Positions 27,819 through 37,788 of a DNA stretch of 64,000 bases are shown here, one piece after another. The notes beneath the pieces are model-generated. The model saw only the letters and a list, made by a program, of their open reading frames with translations, was not told where the DNA came from and did no database searches. Origin of the DNA: Desulfatiglans sp. (lineage in GTDB: Bacteria > Desulfobacterota > DSM-4660 > Desulfatiglandales > HGW-15); NCBI GenBank assembly GCA_012513605.1, contig JAAZBV010000037.1, forward strand, positions 29,027 to 93,026, given 5' to 3'. Every line of letters starts with the position of its first letter. The stretch's first letter is position 1. The position numbers were made by a program, and so were the translations under genes.

Positions 27819-27979
27819 TAAACAGTGTCCTAATGTTATCCCTGTTATATCAACACGTTAACAATTACAGCCCTTTTCCCCATTATTTATATAGTTACAA
27901 TATTGTAGATAAAGACCGGATCAGTTTACATATTGGTATCTTTTATCTGGAATACTGTACCTGTCTGCTATCTAATTCC

Positions 27980-29062
27980 CTATGCAACCTCACCATTCAT
28001 ATCAAAGTATTTTCTTATACCGGTAATGGAGACCCTTTTTTTAGGCCCCGGATAATCCTTTCTCACATCCCTTATTCTAACGACTGAGTCCATGATCCTA
28101 TCCATTGTCAACTCATTTTCAAAAAGCCGCTTTCTGATAAGTTCTATAGCCTCAACAACATAACCCTGGCGTTCACATATAAGCAGTAAATCAGCGCCTG
28201 CCATGAATGCAGCGACAGCGCCCTGCGCAACACCGATGCTTTTTTGTATGGCCCCCATTTCAAGGTCATCTGTAAGAATCAGCCCTTTGTATCTTAATTT
28301 TTCTCTCAATATCCCGGTCATTATTTTGTGCGACAGGGTTGCAGGATATTCAGGGTCAATATCAGGGTAGATAGCATGGGATGTCATAATCCCTGCCACA
28401 TCTTTCTTAACTGCCTTTTTAAATGGCTTTATCTGCCCTTTTTGTATCTCTCTTGATTCATATTTGATAGTCACATTTCCCTGATGAGGGTCAAAATTTG
28501 CGAGCCCAAGCCCGGGGAAGTGTTTGGCTACAGCCATTACCCCATTTTTCTGGAGGGTTTCTATCATAACCCCGCCCAGAAGGCCAACCTTATCAGGATC
28601 ATCACTGAAGATACGGGTCCCAAGATGTTTGTCCGGGATGCCCCTTTTCACATCCATTACCGGGGCCAGATCCATATTAAGCCCCACCATCCGCATCTCT
28701 TTTGCAGTTATCCTGGCAAACTCCTTTGCCATCTTTAAGGATTTTGAGGATTCACCGATCGCCTCATTACCGGGGAATATGGTAAAAGGCCCTTTAAGCC
28801 TGGCGACCATTCCTCCCTCCTGATCAACTGCAATTAATATGGAATTACCATGATATTTCATAGATGCTGCCTGTATGGATCTGCACAGCTCTGCTATCTG
28901 AACAGGGTTATCTATATTCCTTTTAAAAAGGACAATACCTCCAATATTGTATTCCCGTATCAGTGACTCTGTCTCTTCATCGAGATATAAACCTGGCATC
29001 CCGATCATAAACAATTGACCTATACAGGAGTCAATCTCTGAGTTATCAAGGATGGTGTTCAT
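27980..29062 (-). CDS. nagZ: Beta-N-acetylhexosaminidase, GH3 (NagZ)
   Basis: 360 aa. Contains VDQEGGMV, KHFPGLG and LILTDDLEMGA motifs of single-domain GH3 NagZ. Confidence 0.85.
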   Translation of the reverse strand: MNTILDNSEIDSCIGQLFMIGMPGLYLDEETESLIREYNIGGIVLFKRNIDNPVQIAELCRSIQAASMKYHGNSILIAVDQEGGMVARLKGPFTIFPGNEAIGESSKSLKMAKEFARITAKEMRMVGLNMDLAPVMDVKRGIPDKHLGTRIFSDDPDKVGLLGGVMIETLQKNGVMAVAKHFPGLGLANFDPHQGNVTIKYESREIQKGQIKPFKKAVKKDVAGIMTSHAIYPDIDPEYPATLSHKIMTGILREKLRYKGLILTDDLEMGAIQKSIGVAQGAVAAFMAGADLLLICERQGYVVEAIELIRKRLFENELTMDRIMDSVVRIRDVRKDYPGPKKRVSITGIRKYFDMNGEVA

Positions 29063-29151
29063 TTAATGGCCTCTTTAGTATTAATCCTTTGACATCGCAC
29101 ATAATTACTTATAATCAGATACCGGCAAATGCAACAGATATATTTTTTAAT

Positions 29152-29183
29152 GTCATTCCCAGGCTTGACCGGGGAATCCAGGG
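29152..29183. repeat. gtcattcc...ggaatcc type short repeat (family E)
   Basis: gtcattcccaggcttgaccggggaatccaggg is near-identical to 51214..51245 (gtcattccaaggcttgaccgtggagtccag). Related copies at 61024..61050 and 40639..40662. Confidence 0.65.
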
Positions 29184-29204
29184 CTTTTAAAAAGGGTTTA
29201 ACCA

Positions 29205-30113
29205 ATGAAAGCAATGATAATGGCAGCAGGTTTTGGTACAAGGCTTAAGCCCCTTACTGACCATATCCCAAAGGCGCTTGTGCCTGTGCTTAACAGGCCC
29301 ATACTCGAAAGAAATATAGAGTATCTGGCCGAATACGGGATAAAGGATATCATTATAAATGCCCACTATCATATGGAGCAGATGGAATGCTATATAAAAG
29401 GATGTAAAATACCGGGTGTGAACCTTTCAATAAGCCTGGAGCCCGATGAGATACTTGGCACAGGAGGTGGGCTTTCAAAGTGCAGACCATTTCTAAAGGA
29501 TGATACCTTCATACTTATTAACAGCGATATCCTTACAGATATTCATCTTGATCAGGCCATAAAAAGCCACATGGGATCAGGGGCTATTGTAACCATGGTG
29601 CTGCACGATTTCCAGCGTTTTAACCAGGTAGAGGTTATAAACAACACTGTTACGAAAATACATAGGGATATTGCACCGGGCAGGTTTGCCTTTACAGGTA
29701 TACATGTGCTCTCGCCTCATATTTTTGATTGGCTTCCGCCAAAGGGCTATTCAGATATAATCTCTGAATGCTACACACCCATGATAGAATCAGGCAAAAC
29801 AATAAACACCCATATGGCAACAGGCCATTACTGGCATGACACAGGTACTATTGAAAGTTACAAAATGGCAAACAAAGACCTCCTTGAGGTTGAAAACAAA
29901 AGATTCATTAAAGGTAAAAATACCTGTATTGATCCATCGGTCAAACTCATAAACTGGGTTATAATCGGTAATAATGTTTGCATAGGTAAAGATACAATCA
30001 TAGAAAATTCAATAATATGGGATGATGTCGCCATAGGAAAGGAGATGTACATTAAAGACAGTATTGTTATATCAGATGATGTAATTATACATACATCTCA
30101 GGGTAGCAGGTGA
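29205..30113 (+). CDS. Sugar-phosphate nucleotidyltransferase with C-terminal left-handed beta-helix (MurU/GlmU-like)
   Basis: MKAMIMAAGFGTRLKPLTDHIPKALVPV (G-x-G-T-R-L NTP-transferase motif). The C-terminal hexapeptide-like repeats read IIGNNVCIGKDTIIENSIIWDDVAIGKEMYIKDSIV. Divergent from nagZ. Confidence 0.8.
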   Translation: MKAMIMAAGFGTRLKPLTDHIPKALVPVLNRPILERNIEYLAEYGIKDIIINAHYHMEQMECYIKGCKIPGVNLSISLEPDEILGTGGGLSKCRPFLKDDTFILINSDILTDIHLDQAIKSHMGSGAIVTMVLHDFQRFNQVEVINNTVTKIHRDIAPGRFAFTGIHVLSPHIFDWLPPKGYSDIISECYTPMIESGKTINTHMATGHYWHDTGTIESYKMANKDLLEVENKRFIKGKNTCIDPSVKLINWVIIGNNVCIGKDTIIENSIIWDDVAIGKEMYIKDSIVISDDVIIHTSQGSR

Positions 30114-30433
30114 AGAGATAGTCAACATCGTTATACTGGGCAGACACTCAGGTCCGCCCCTGCGGCTTTAACGACCAATGGCAGCAAGCAAATCCTTTCC
30201 AGATTATAACAGCAATTATGAAAATATTTTTAATAAGAGCCTTAACCCGAATAAAAGAGATCGGCGGAAAAAATCCGAATAATGATAAAAGACAGATCAA
30301 GCGATTATATCTTTGCTTAAAGACATTTATAATGTTATAAACCATTTTATTTATTGGATATTAGACCCTGATTTTATTGGAACTGGTCCAGTGGAATCCG
30401 GGTTTTTTTATTTTCTGAAAGGAACAGTGTTAA

Positions 30434-32119
30434 ATGATTTTTGAAGATTTACAATTGAAAGATGAATTGTTGCAGGCCGTAAGCGAGCTTGGATATACCA
30501 CCCCTACCCCCATACAGACAGATGCAATCCCGGAAATTATCAGCGGTGAAAGAGACTTTATAGGTCTTGCCCCCACAGGCACCGGAAAGACCGCCGCCTT
30601 TGGTCTGCCTATGATTCAATTGATAGACTTTGACCTGAAACAGACACAGGGGCTTATACTCTGCCCTACCCGCGAACTCTGCGCCCAGATCACCGGCGAC
30701 CTGAAAAAACTGAGTAAGTATGTAAAGGGCGCAAAGATCGTTGCCATTGCTGGCGGGGCAAGCATGGAAAACCAGATCAGGGATATTAAAAAGGGTGTGC
30801 AGATTATTGTTGCCACACCCGGCAGGCTGCTTGACCTTATCAACAGGAAGGTCGTCAAGCTGACTAATGTATCCTATGTTGTACTGGATGAAGCGGATGA
30901 GATGCTTAACATGGGCTTCAAGGAGGACCTTGACTCCATACTTGAATCAACACCCGATGATAAAAGGGTATGGCTTTTTTCCGCCACCATGCCTGACGAG
31001 GTAGCCCGGATTACAAGGCAGTACATGGATGAACCGGTAACAATCACTGTAGGTGGAAAAAATAAAAGTGCAACCAATATAGAACACCTCAATTATATTA
31101 TTCATGAAAAGGACAGGTATCAGGCATTAAAGAGGATACTGGATAATGCACCTGACATCTATGGACTTATATTCTGCCGCACACGCATGGAGACCCAGGA
31201 AATAGCAGATAAACTTATCAAAGATAACTATGATGCTGATGCCCTGCATGGCGACCTGTCACAGGCAGCAAGAGATCATGTCATGAACAGGTTCAGAAAC
31301 AGGACACTCCAGATCTTGGTTGCAACCGATGTTGCGGCAAGGGGGCTGGATGTAAAAGAGATAACACACGTTATAAACTACAGGCTGCCTGATGAACCGC
31401 AAGTTTATACCCACAGGAGCGGCAGGACCGCAAGGGCGGGTAAATCAGGCACATCCATAGTTATCACCAACCTGAAGGAAAAGTTCAAGGTTACACAGAT
31501 AGAAAAGAGTTCCGGCATCAAGTTTACCTATGCAAAGGTGCCGGGCGGCTATGAGGTGTGTGAAAAACAACTCTATGCGATGATAAACAGGATGGTAGAG
31601 GTTGATGTAGATTATGAAGAGATAGCCCCATTTTTACCACCAGTGTTTGAAACCCTTGAAGGACTTTCAAAGGAGGAGCTGATCCAGAGGTTTGTCTCTC
31701 AGGAATTTAACAGGTTTCTTACCTATTACAAAGATGCACAGGATATTAACGCCCCTTTAGGAAGGGCAAGGGATGAAGAGAGGGGTAAAAAGAGGTCAGG
31801 GAAGGAACAGGGAAACCTTAGCCAGGGTAAATCCAGACGTCTTTTTATAAATGCAGGGGCGCTGGATGACCTTACCAAAAAAAACCTTGTAAAATCCATT
31901 TGCAGCATAAGCGGGATATCCTCTCAGAAGGTAGGCTCCATTGAGATCATGAGGGAGTTCTCATTTGTTGATGTAGATGCAGCCGTTGCAGACAGGGTGG
32001 TAAACTCCATGAAGGGTGCAGAGCTGGATGGCAGGGAGATAAATATTGAATATGCAGAGAAGAAAGGCAATAAAGACCGGGGCGCATCTAAGGGTAAAAA
32101 GTTTAAGAAAAAGAGATAA
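30434..32119 (+). CDS. DEAD-box ATP-dependent RNA helicase with C-terminal DbpA-type RNA-binding domain
   Basis: Motifs APTGTGKT, PTRELC, DEADEM, SAT and HRSGRTARAG. The basic C-terminal tail and long 5' leader are typical of DeaD/CsdA-type helicases. Confidence 0.9.
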   Translation: MIFEDLQLKDELLQAVSELGYTTPTPIQTDAIPEIISGERDFIGLAPTGTGKTAAFGLPMIQLIDFDLKQTQGLILCPTRELCAQITGDLKKLSKYVKGAKIVAIAGGASMENQIRDIKKGVQIIVATPGRLLDLINRKVVKLTNVSYVVLDEADEMLNMGFKEDLDSILESTPDDKRVWLFSATMPDEVARITRQYMDEPVTITVGGKNKSATNIEHLNYIIHEKDRYQALKRILDNAPDIYGLIFCRTRMETQEIADKLIKDNYDADALHGDLSQAARDHVMNRFRNRTLQILVATDVAARGLDVKEITHVINYRLPDEPQVYTHRSGRTARAGKSGTSIVITNLKEKFKVTQIEKSSGIKFTYAKVPGGYEVCEKQLYAMINRMVEVDVDYEEIAPFLPPVFETLEGLSKEELIQRFVSQEFNRFLTYYKDAQDINAPLGRARDEERGKKRSGKEQGNLSQGKSRRLFINAGALDDLTKKNLVKSICSISGISSQKVGSIEIMREFSFVDVDAAVADRVVNSMKGAELDGREINIEYAEKKGNKDRGASKGKKFKKKR

Positions 32120-32122
32120 GCT

Positions 32123-32151
32123 GTAGAGATGGGTTTAAAACCCGTCTCTAC
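32123..32151. repeat. Palindromic hairpin gtagagatgggttt-aa-aacccgtctctac between convergent genes
   Basis: Near-perfect inverted repeat read directly, 4 nt after the helicase stop and 20 nt from the esterase stop. It can act as a bidirectional terminator-like element. Confidence 0.6.
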
Positions 32152-32170
32152 TCCAGTAAGAGGCAAAACC

Positions 32171-33127
32171 TTATTTTAAAGCCCTTTTAACCGCATTATC
32201 CCTCTCCGCGCTAAACCTTTTTACTACAGATGCAGAGATAATGGAATCAAACCCGTGTGTGGCCCCAGGGTATACATGCAGCTCAGTCGGGACACCTGCC
32301 TGCAACAGCCTCTGTGCATACTCTATATCCTCATCAAGAAACAGGTCCAGTTCGCCCACAGCTATATAGGCTGGCGGCAGGCCCGATAGATCCTTTGCCC
32401 TTGATGCAGCAGCATATGGAGATACAATGCCATCTTTTATCGAATCACCTAAGTATGCCTTCCATGCAAAGATATTCTTTTCACGATCCCATGTACGCAG
32501 GTCTGTTATGGCATGGCTTGAAGGAGTAATGTTACGATCATCTATCATGGGGTAAATGAGGAGCTGAAATGATAATGCTATCTCTCCCCTGTCCCTTGTC
32601 ATAATTGCAAGCCCTGCTGCAAGCCCGCCACCTGCGCTCCCTCCTCCTATGGCCACCCTTGTTTTATCTATGCCCAGGCTTTCCGCATTATTTACCATCC
32701 ATTTGAGGCTCGCATAACAGTCTTCAACAGGCGCAGGGAATGGGTTTTCAGGCGCAAGCCTGTAGTTTGTGGAGACCATAACACACCCGGTATTTACACA
32801 CATCGAGCGCATGGTGTAATCATCCGCTGTAAGGTCTCCAAGCAGATACCCTCCGCCATGTATCCAGAGCATGGCTGGTCTTTTCCCAGTTTCTGCCTCT
32901 GGTGTATATACTCTTACAGTAATATCCGGTGCACCCTTTGGTCCGGGGATTGATAAATCCCTTGAACTGACACCTTTTACAGCAGGCATCATCGATACCA
33001 TCCGGCCAAATATCTCATCACTCATCTTCCTTGCTGTATCGAGATCATCAAAATTTAAAGAGCCATCCGCAGGGATCATCTCAAGCGCCGGGGCAAGCTC
33101 CGGGTCTATCCGTTTCATAAGATCCAT
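32171..33127 (-). CDS. Alpha/beta hydrolase, hormone-sensitive-lipase-like esterase
   Basis: WIHGGGY (oxyanion HGGG) and GGGSAGGGLA (G-x-S-x-G nucleophile elbow). 318 aa. Confidence 0.85.
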   Translation of the reverse strand: MDLMKRIDPELAPALEMIPADGSLNFDDLDTARKMSDEIFGRMVSMMPAVKGVSSRDLSIPGPKGAPDITVRVYTPEAETGKRPAMLWIHGGGYLLGDLTADDYTMRSMCVNTGCVMVSTNYRLAPENPFPAPVEDCYASLKWMVNNAESLGIDKTRVAIGGGSAGGGLAAGLAIMTRDRGEIALSFQLLIYPMIDDRNITPSSHAITDLRTWDREKNIFAWKAYLGDSIKDGIVSPYAAASRAKDLSGLPPAYIAVGELDLFLDEDIEYAQRLLQAGVPTELHVYPGATHGFDSIISASVVKRFSAERDNAVKRALK

Positions 33128-33154
33128 AACTATTCTCTCCTCTTTTAGATTCTA

Positions 33155-33196
33155 ACCTTAAACCGTAAACCTCACACCGTAGACCTCAAACCGTAT
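33155..33196. repeat. Short tandem repeat (aaccgtaaacctca / caccgtagacctca / aaccgta)
   Basis: Three successive ~14-nt units read directly in the esterase-MFS intergenic spacer. Confidence 0.55.
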
Positions 33197-33198
33197 TT

Positions 33199-34347
33199 TT
33201 ATACCTCTTTCAATTTCCCCACAAGCATACACGCTGCGACAATAATCACCCCTGTACCGAGTATGCCTGCCTGAAAGCTCCATCTATCTGCTATTGCACC
33301 TAAGACTATGGGTGAAAGCCCCGGTCCTATGATCCCTGACATGCTCATCAGTATGCCCGTAAAGACACTGCGTTCACTCAATGTTGTAAGCCTTGATATG
33401 GCAACTAACCCAGCAGGGAAAAACACAACACTGAAGGTCGCCTGAAGGAATAATACTGAGCTTAAGAGCCAGGGGGCGCTGATTACTGCTATAGCTATTG
33501 TTGTTATTCCCGCTGCAAACAGCAGGACAAAAAGCAGTTTTTTGAGGTTGAACCGGTCTATAATAAAACCCACTGAGATCATGGCGATAAACCCACCGAT
33601 CCTGGAAATACCGAATATGGTGTTGGCAGTCTCTATCGGGATCCCCCGCTCCTTTACCAGGAACAGGGGAATAACATTGAATATACCCATGCTGGCAACT
33701 GCGCATGAACTCCACAGTGCGGTCATGATCCAGAAATCCTTACTTTTTACAATCTCCATCATACCGCCCTTTTCTATCTTTTCCGGTCTCGGGTCAGGGG
33801 ATGTAACATGGAGTATGACACCAAGTATCAGGCATGCAGCGCTCATGATCAGAAAGATATTTTTCCAGTTCATTACAGAGATGATCATGGTAACCATAAA
33901 CGGGACAGTAAGCATGCCGAAGCCTGCAGCAGTCTCATGAACGGATATTGCCTTACCCCAGTTGTCACGGCTGAAGACCGCGGTTATGAGAGGTATTCCG
34001 CATGGTAGGTAAATGCCTGAAGCGAGCCCCAAAAGAAAAGCAATTGAGGCAAAGGATACATAGGATGTGGCAAAGCGCATTATAATAAAGGCAATGGTCA
34101 TACCGTAAAAGGAGACCAAAATGGAGCGTTTGTAACCTATCTTAAGTGACATGAAACCGGCATAAAAGACAGATATGGTATTCCCTATCCAGAAACAGAA
34201 AAAGAGAACGCCTGCCATTGCATGGGTAATGGCAAATTCATCCTCTATCAGTGGCATCAGTGGTGAGGTGATGGATTTAGCGATAAAGTTCACATACCAC
34301 AGTGTCCAGAACAGGAGTAAAAGAAAAATCTTCATAAAAATACTCAA
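33199..34347 (-). CDS. MFS transporter
   Basis: 382 aa with about 12 hydrophobic segments. The start is uncertain: 34347 is a TTG, and an ATG lies at 34335. Confidence 0.75.
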   Translation of the reverse strand: MSIFMKIFLLLLFWTLWYVNFIAKSITSPLMPLIEDEFAITHAMAGVLFFCFWIGNTISVFYAGFMSLKIGYKRSILVSFYGMTIAFIIMRFATSYVSFASIAFLLGLASGIYLPCGIPLITAVFSRDNWGKAISVHETAAGFGMLTVPFMVTMIISVMNWKNIFLIMSAACLILGVILHVTSPDPRPEKIEKGGMMEIVKSKDFWIMTALWSSCAVASMGIFNVIPLFLVKERGIPIETANTIFGISRIGGFIAMISVGFIIDRFNLKKLLFVLLFAAGITTIAIAVISAPWLLSSVLFLQATFSVVFFPAGLVAISRLTTLSERSVFTGILMSMSGIIGPGLSPIVLGAIADRWSFQAGILGTGVIIVAACMLVGKLKEV

Positions 34348-34380
34348 GAATGAATTGACGAAAATTAAAAAGCGCTAATT

Positions 34381-34462
34381 TTCACCACGGAGGACACGGA
34401 GGTCATGGAGAGCTAATTTTTTATGTTTTACTCCGTGCTCTCCGTGCTCTCTGTGGTTAAAA
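34381..34462. repeat. caccacggaggac...ctccgtg...gtggttaaaa repeat (family C), copy 1
   Basis: ttcaccacggaggacacggagg...ctccgtgctctccgtgctctctgtggttaaaa. Both ends are shared with 46775..46876. Confidence 0.65.
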
Positions 34463-34615
34463 CAAAATCTAATTTTTTACGTTATTGTACACTTATTAAT
34501 AATAATATCTTTATTAGTTGACCCTGTATCTCTTTGCAAGGATATTTATGGGGTTGACATAATGAATAATAATTTTATTTAATGAATCATTTTAAATAAG
34601 GAGAATATTACAAAA

Positions 34616-36295
34616 ATGAATGTAAACCGGTTTTATCTTTTCACTGTTCTTTTACTTACGCTTTCTATTTCAGGGTGTACAAGTCATATTACTATTACTG
34701 GTAAAAATCTTGAAAACACGGAGAAAAAATATAAAAATGTCATAGTCATGGTGCCTGATGGCTGCTCCATGAGCATACAGACACTTGCCCGCCTTTATAA
34801 AGGCGCGGACATAAACCTTGATAAACTCCTTACAGGTTCGGTTAGGACATACTCTGCCAATTCTGTTATTACTGACTCTGCTGCTGCTGCCACTGCCTTT
34901 GCAACAGGCCATAAGACCACATCAGGATTTATAGGCGTAGCGCCCCGCGCCAAAGACCTTTTGCCCTGGGTTACCCCTGAGGTCCCTCCATATTATCCCA
35001 TTCCAACTATCCTTGAGGGGGCTAAATTATCCGGGAGATCAACAGGTGTTGTTGTGACAAGCACAATACCCCATGCAACCCCGAGCGGTTTTGCGGCCCA
35101 CTCATCATCACGCTTTATGCCGGATGACATCATGGAACAGATGGTTCACCAGAATCTGGACGTGGCATTTGGAGGGGGCATGGTTCATCTTTTACCTGAA
35201 GGAGAATCATTTAAAACAGATGATGGAAAGAGCTGGAAAGGTACCAGAAAAGATACAGAGAACCTGATGAATACCCTCAAAGAAATGGGCTACAGCATCA
35301 TAAGCAGCAAAGATGAACTGGCTGAAGTTAAAGGCAAAAAGGTATGGGGTCTTTTTAATGGCACTGACCTTGTACCAGACATAGACCGGGATGAACTTAA
35401 TCCCACGCAGCCATCCCTTGCAGAGATGACAAAAAAGGCGATTGAGATACTTACAACCAATGAAAAGGGTTTTCTTATGGTGGTTGAGGGGAGCCAGGTA
35501 GACTATGCAGGCCATGCACATGACCCGGCCTATATGGTGACAGAGTTTCTGGCCTTTGATGAGGCTGTAGGTGTTGCTGTGGATTTTGCAAAAACGAATA
35601 ATGACACAATAGTGGTGATCTTTCCTGATCATGATACAGGCGGATTAAGCATAGGTAACAACAGCGAGATGGGGCGCAAATACGGGAATACAACGGTTGA
35701 TACACTTATAACGCCTTTGAAAAAGGCAACTACTACTATTCAGGGGCTGCTTGAACTTGCATATCAGGATAATACATCTACCACAGAAGAGATAAAGGGA
35801 CTTTTTAAAGACAAATGGAACCTTGACCTTACCGAGGTCCAGGCAGAAGAGATATTAAAATTCAAGAAATTTCCTTATGGTGTTGCAGATTATATCTCAA
35901 ACAACTTCACAGTAATCGGCTGGACAACAGGAGGCCATTCAGGCGTTGATGTGCCCCTGTGGGTTTACACCCCGTATGATTATACTCCGCTCAGGGGAAA
36001 CATAAACAATACAGATATACCCATTAACCTTGCAAAGATGATGGATATTGACCTTAGAATGATAGGTGATGAGCTGTTCGTCGACGCACAAAGTGTATTC
36101 CCTGATTCAAAGATTACAGAGGATAAGACAGGGCGGATCTTCGAGACAGGTAAATTTAAAATCCCTGTTAATAAAAATATTGTGATGAATGGGGATAAGA
36201 TTACAAGTACAAAGGGTGTCTCGGTCTTTATCAGTGAGATAAACAAATTTTTTATACCCAAGGAGATGGTAAGGGTAATAGAGGGTAAAAAATAG
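34616..36295 (+). CDS. Alkaline phosphatase (PhoA family) lipoprotein
   Basis: ITDSAAAATAFATGHKT (active-site Ser motif), EGSQVDYAGHAHD and FPDHDTGG metal ligand motifs. Signal peptide with lipobox LSISGC. Confidence 0.9.
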   Translation: MNVNRFYLFTVLLLTLSISGCTSHITITGKNLENTEKKYKNVIVMVPDGCSMSIQTLARLYKGADINLDKLLTGSVRTYSANSVITDSAAAATAFATGHKTTSGFIGVAPRAKDLLPWVTPEVPPYYPIPTILEGAKLSGRSTGVVVTSTIPHATPSGFAAHSSSRFMPDDIMEQMVHQNLDVAFGGGMVHLLPEGESFKTDDGKSWKGTRKDTENLMNTLKEMGYSIISSKDELAEVKGKKVWGLFNGTDLVPDIDRDELNPTQPSLAEMTKKAIEILTTNEKGFLMVVEGSQVDYAGHAHDPAYMVTEFLAFDEAVGVAVDFAKTNNDTIVVIFPDHDTGGLSIGNNSEMGRKYGNTTVDTLITPLKKATTTIQGLLELAYQDNTSTTEEIKGLFKDKWNLDLTEVQAEEILKFKKFPYGVADYISNNFTVIGWTTGGHSGVDVPLWVYTPYDYTPLRGNINNTDIPINLAKMMDIDLRMIGDELFVDAQSVFPDSKITEDKTGRIFETGKFKIPVNKNIVMNGDKITSTKGVSVFISEINKFFIPKEMVRVIEGKK

Positions 36296-36350
36296 GATTA
36301 AATAATTAACCGGATGTAACCTTTTGGCCTTTTAAACGTTAAAAAAGCAA

Positions 36351-36833
36351 ATGGATAATTTTCAGGACTTTTACAGGAAGCAAAATAAAAGCCTGTTTTC
36401 CTATCTGATGCGGATGACAGACGACTATTATTTATCCATGGATATAATGCAGGAGAGTTTTTTACGCTGTTTTGAGAGGTACAGGGATAAAACCCTTAAT
36501 ATCTCATTGCTTTACACGATAGCGCGCAACCTGTTTATTGATTTTACGCGCAGGGAAAAAAGAAAGTCGCCGCTTGAACAGGATACAGCGGATCAGAATG
36601 CGGACATTGAGAATGAATACAGGGTTAAACAGGAATACAGGAAGGTTATTAACGCAATGAAGAGGCTTGAAAAAGATGAAAGGGAGATACTGGCACTGAC
36701 GCTGAACGAAGAGCTGAAATACAGGGATATTGCTTCCATAATGGGGATTAACGAAGGTAATGTTAAGATCAGGGTGCACAGGGCGCGTTTAAAACTGAGG
36801 GAATTTTTAAGTGAGGGGAATAACCATGAATGA
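36351..36833 (+). CDS. ECF-type RNA polymerase sigma-70 factor
   Basis: 160 aa. Region 2 (DIMQESFLRCFERY...ARNLFIDFTRRE) and region 4 (REILALTLNEELKYRDIASIMGINEGNVKIRVHRARLKL). Confidence 0.9.
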   Translation: MDNFQDFYRKQNKSLFSYLMRMTDDYYLSMDIMQESFLRCFERYRDKTLNISLLYTIARNLFIDFTRREKRKSPLEQDTADQNADIENEYRVKQEYRKVINAMKRLEKDEREILALTLNEELKYRDIASIMGINEGNVKIRVHRARLKLREFLSEGNNHE

Positions 36834-37398
36834 TTCTATCAGCCTGTATATTGATGATGAACTGAATCTTGATGAAAAGATAGATTTTGTAAAAAGGATA
36901 CATGATGAGGAGCAGTTCTACTCTGAGGCTGTTGACCTCCTTGTGCAGGAAAGACTGCTTTGCTCTGATGTTGTTGAGGAGATACCGCAGATATCTCTTA
37001 AAGAGAAATCTAAAATATTCAATCTCCAGTTCCTGCGCCCCTATTTCAGGGTAGCGGAATTCGGGGTTGTTGCTGTGCTTCTGGTTATATTTATTGCAGT
37101 CAGGGTCCCTGTAAAAAGAGAGGTGGTTAGAGTTGAATCCGTCTCAAAGAGATTTGTTGTCTACATGCCAGATTCTCAAAATGTGCAGATTGCCGGGAGT
37201 TTTACAAACTGGAACAGTGTGCCCATGAAGATGGTCGGCCCCAGCGGTTACTGGGAGATAGAACTGGATGTGACCAGAGGAGAGCACAAATATGTATTTA
37301 TAATAGGGGATGACAAAAAGATAGCTGACCCTACCATATTGTTAAGAGAAAGGGATGATTTCGGCAGCGAAAACAGTGTTATCCTGGTGGAGGCATAG
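36826..37398 (+). CDS. Anti-sigma factor with extracytoplasmic CBM48/AMPK-beta glycogen-binding-like domain
   Basis: ATG 36826 overlaps the sigma stop by 8 nt. N-terminal anti-sigma helix MNDSISLYIDDEL, one TM segment (FGVVAVLLVIFIAV), then FVVYMPDSQNVQIAGSFTNWNSVPMKMVGPSGYWEIELDVTRGEHKYVFIIGD. Confidence 0.7.
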   Translation: MNDSISLYIDDELNLDEKIDFVKRIHDEEQFYSEAVDLLVQERLLCSDVVEEIPQISLKEKSKIFNLQFLRPYFRVAEFGVVAVLLVIFIAVRVPVKREVVRVESVSKRFVVYMPDSQNVQIAGSFTNWNSVPMKMVGPSGYWEIELDVTRGEHKYVFIIGDDKKIADPTILLRERDDFGSENSVILVEA

Positions 37399-37400
37399 GT

Positions 37401-37736
37401 ATGAAAATAAGCCTCCTTATTTTTTCAGTATTTTTGTTATGTTCCAATGGATGCGCTGTTCAGCAGTATAAAATAGTAAATAATGAACTCCGTATCTATC
37501 TTAAGGACAATGATGCTGAAAAGGTCTATTTACATACCTCCCTTGATGAGTATGCCCCGCAGGAGGTTATAAAAGATGAGTCAGGGCTGTGGGTTTCAGT
37601 TCTTCCGGCTGATATGGAGTTTAAATATTTTTATATGATAGACGACAAAATGTTTGTTCCTGAATGCAGCATGAATGAAAAGGATGATTTTGGTTCAGTC
37701 AACTGTGTTTATATCCCCCTCCTGGGGATGCAGTGA
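37401..37736 (+). CDS. Lipoprotein paralogous to the anti-sigma sensor domain (CBM48-like)
   Basis: Lipobox LLCSNGC. LRIYLKDNDAEKVYLHTSLDEY...GLWVSVLPADMEFKYFYMIDDKMF...EKDDFGSVNCVY parallels the anti-sigma C-terminus (...ERDDFGSENSVI). Confidence 0.7.
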   Translation: MKISLLIFSVFLLCSNGCAVQQYKIVNNELRIYLKDNDAEKVYLHTSLDEYAPQEVIKDESGLWVSVLPADMEFKYFYMIDDKMFVPECSMNEKDDFGSVNCVYIPLLGMQ

Positions 37737-37788
37737 TCATCTTTCAATTCGTTTTCAGGAATTTACAGGTTTAAATTGTGAGGATAAA

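Noticed and set aside
30114-30433. Long 5' leader of the DEAD-box helicase with a T-run after ...ggaactggtccagtggaatccgggttttttt, considered as an attenuator or cold-responsive RNA structure.
   Set aside because: Only weak, short stems precede the T-run and I recognise no conserved motif. This remains speculative without folding or comparative data.
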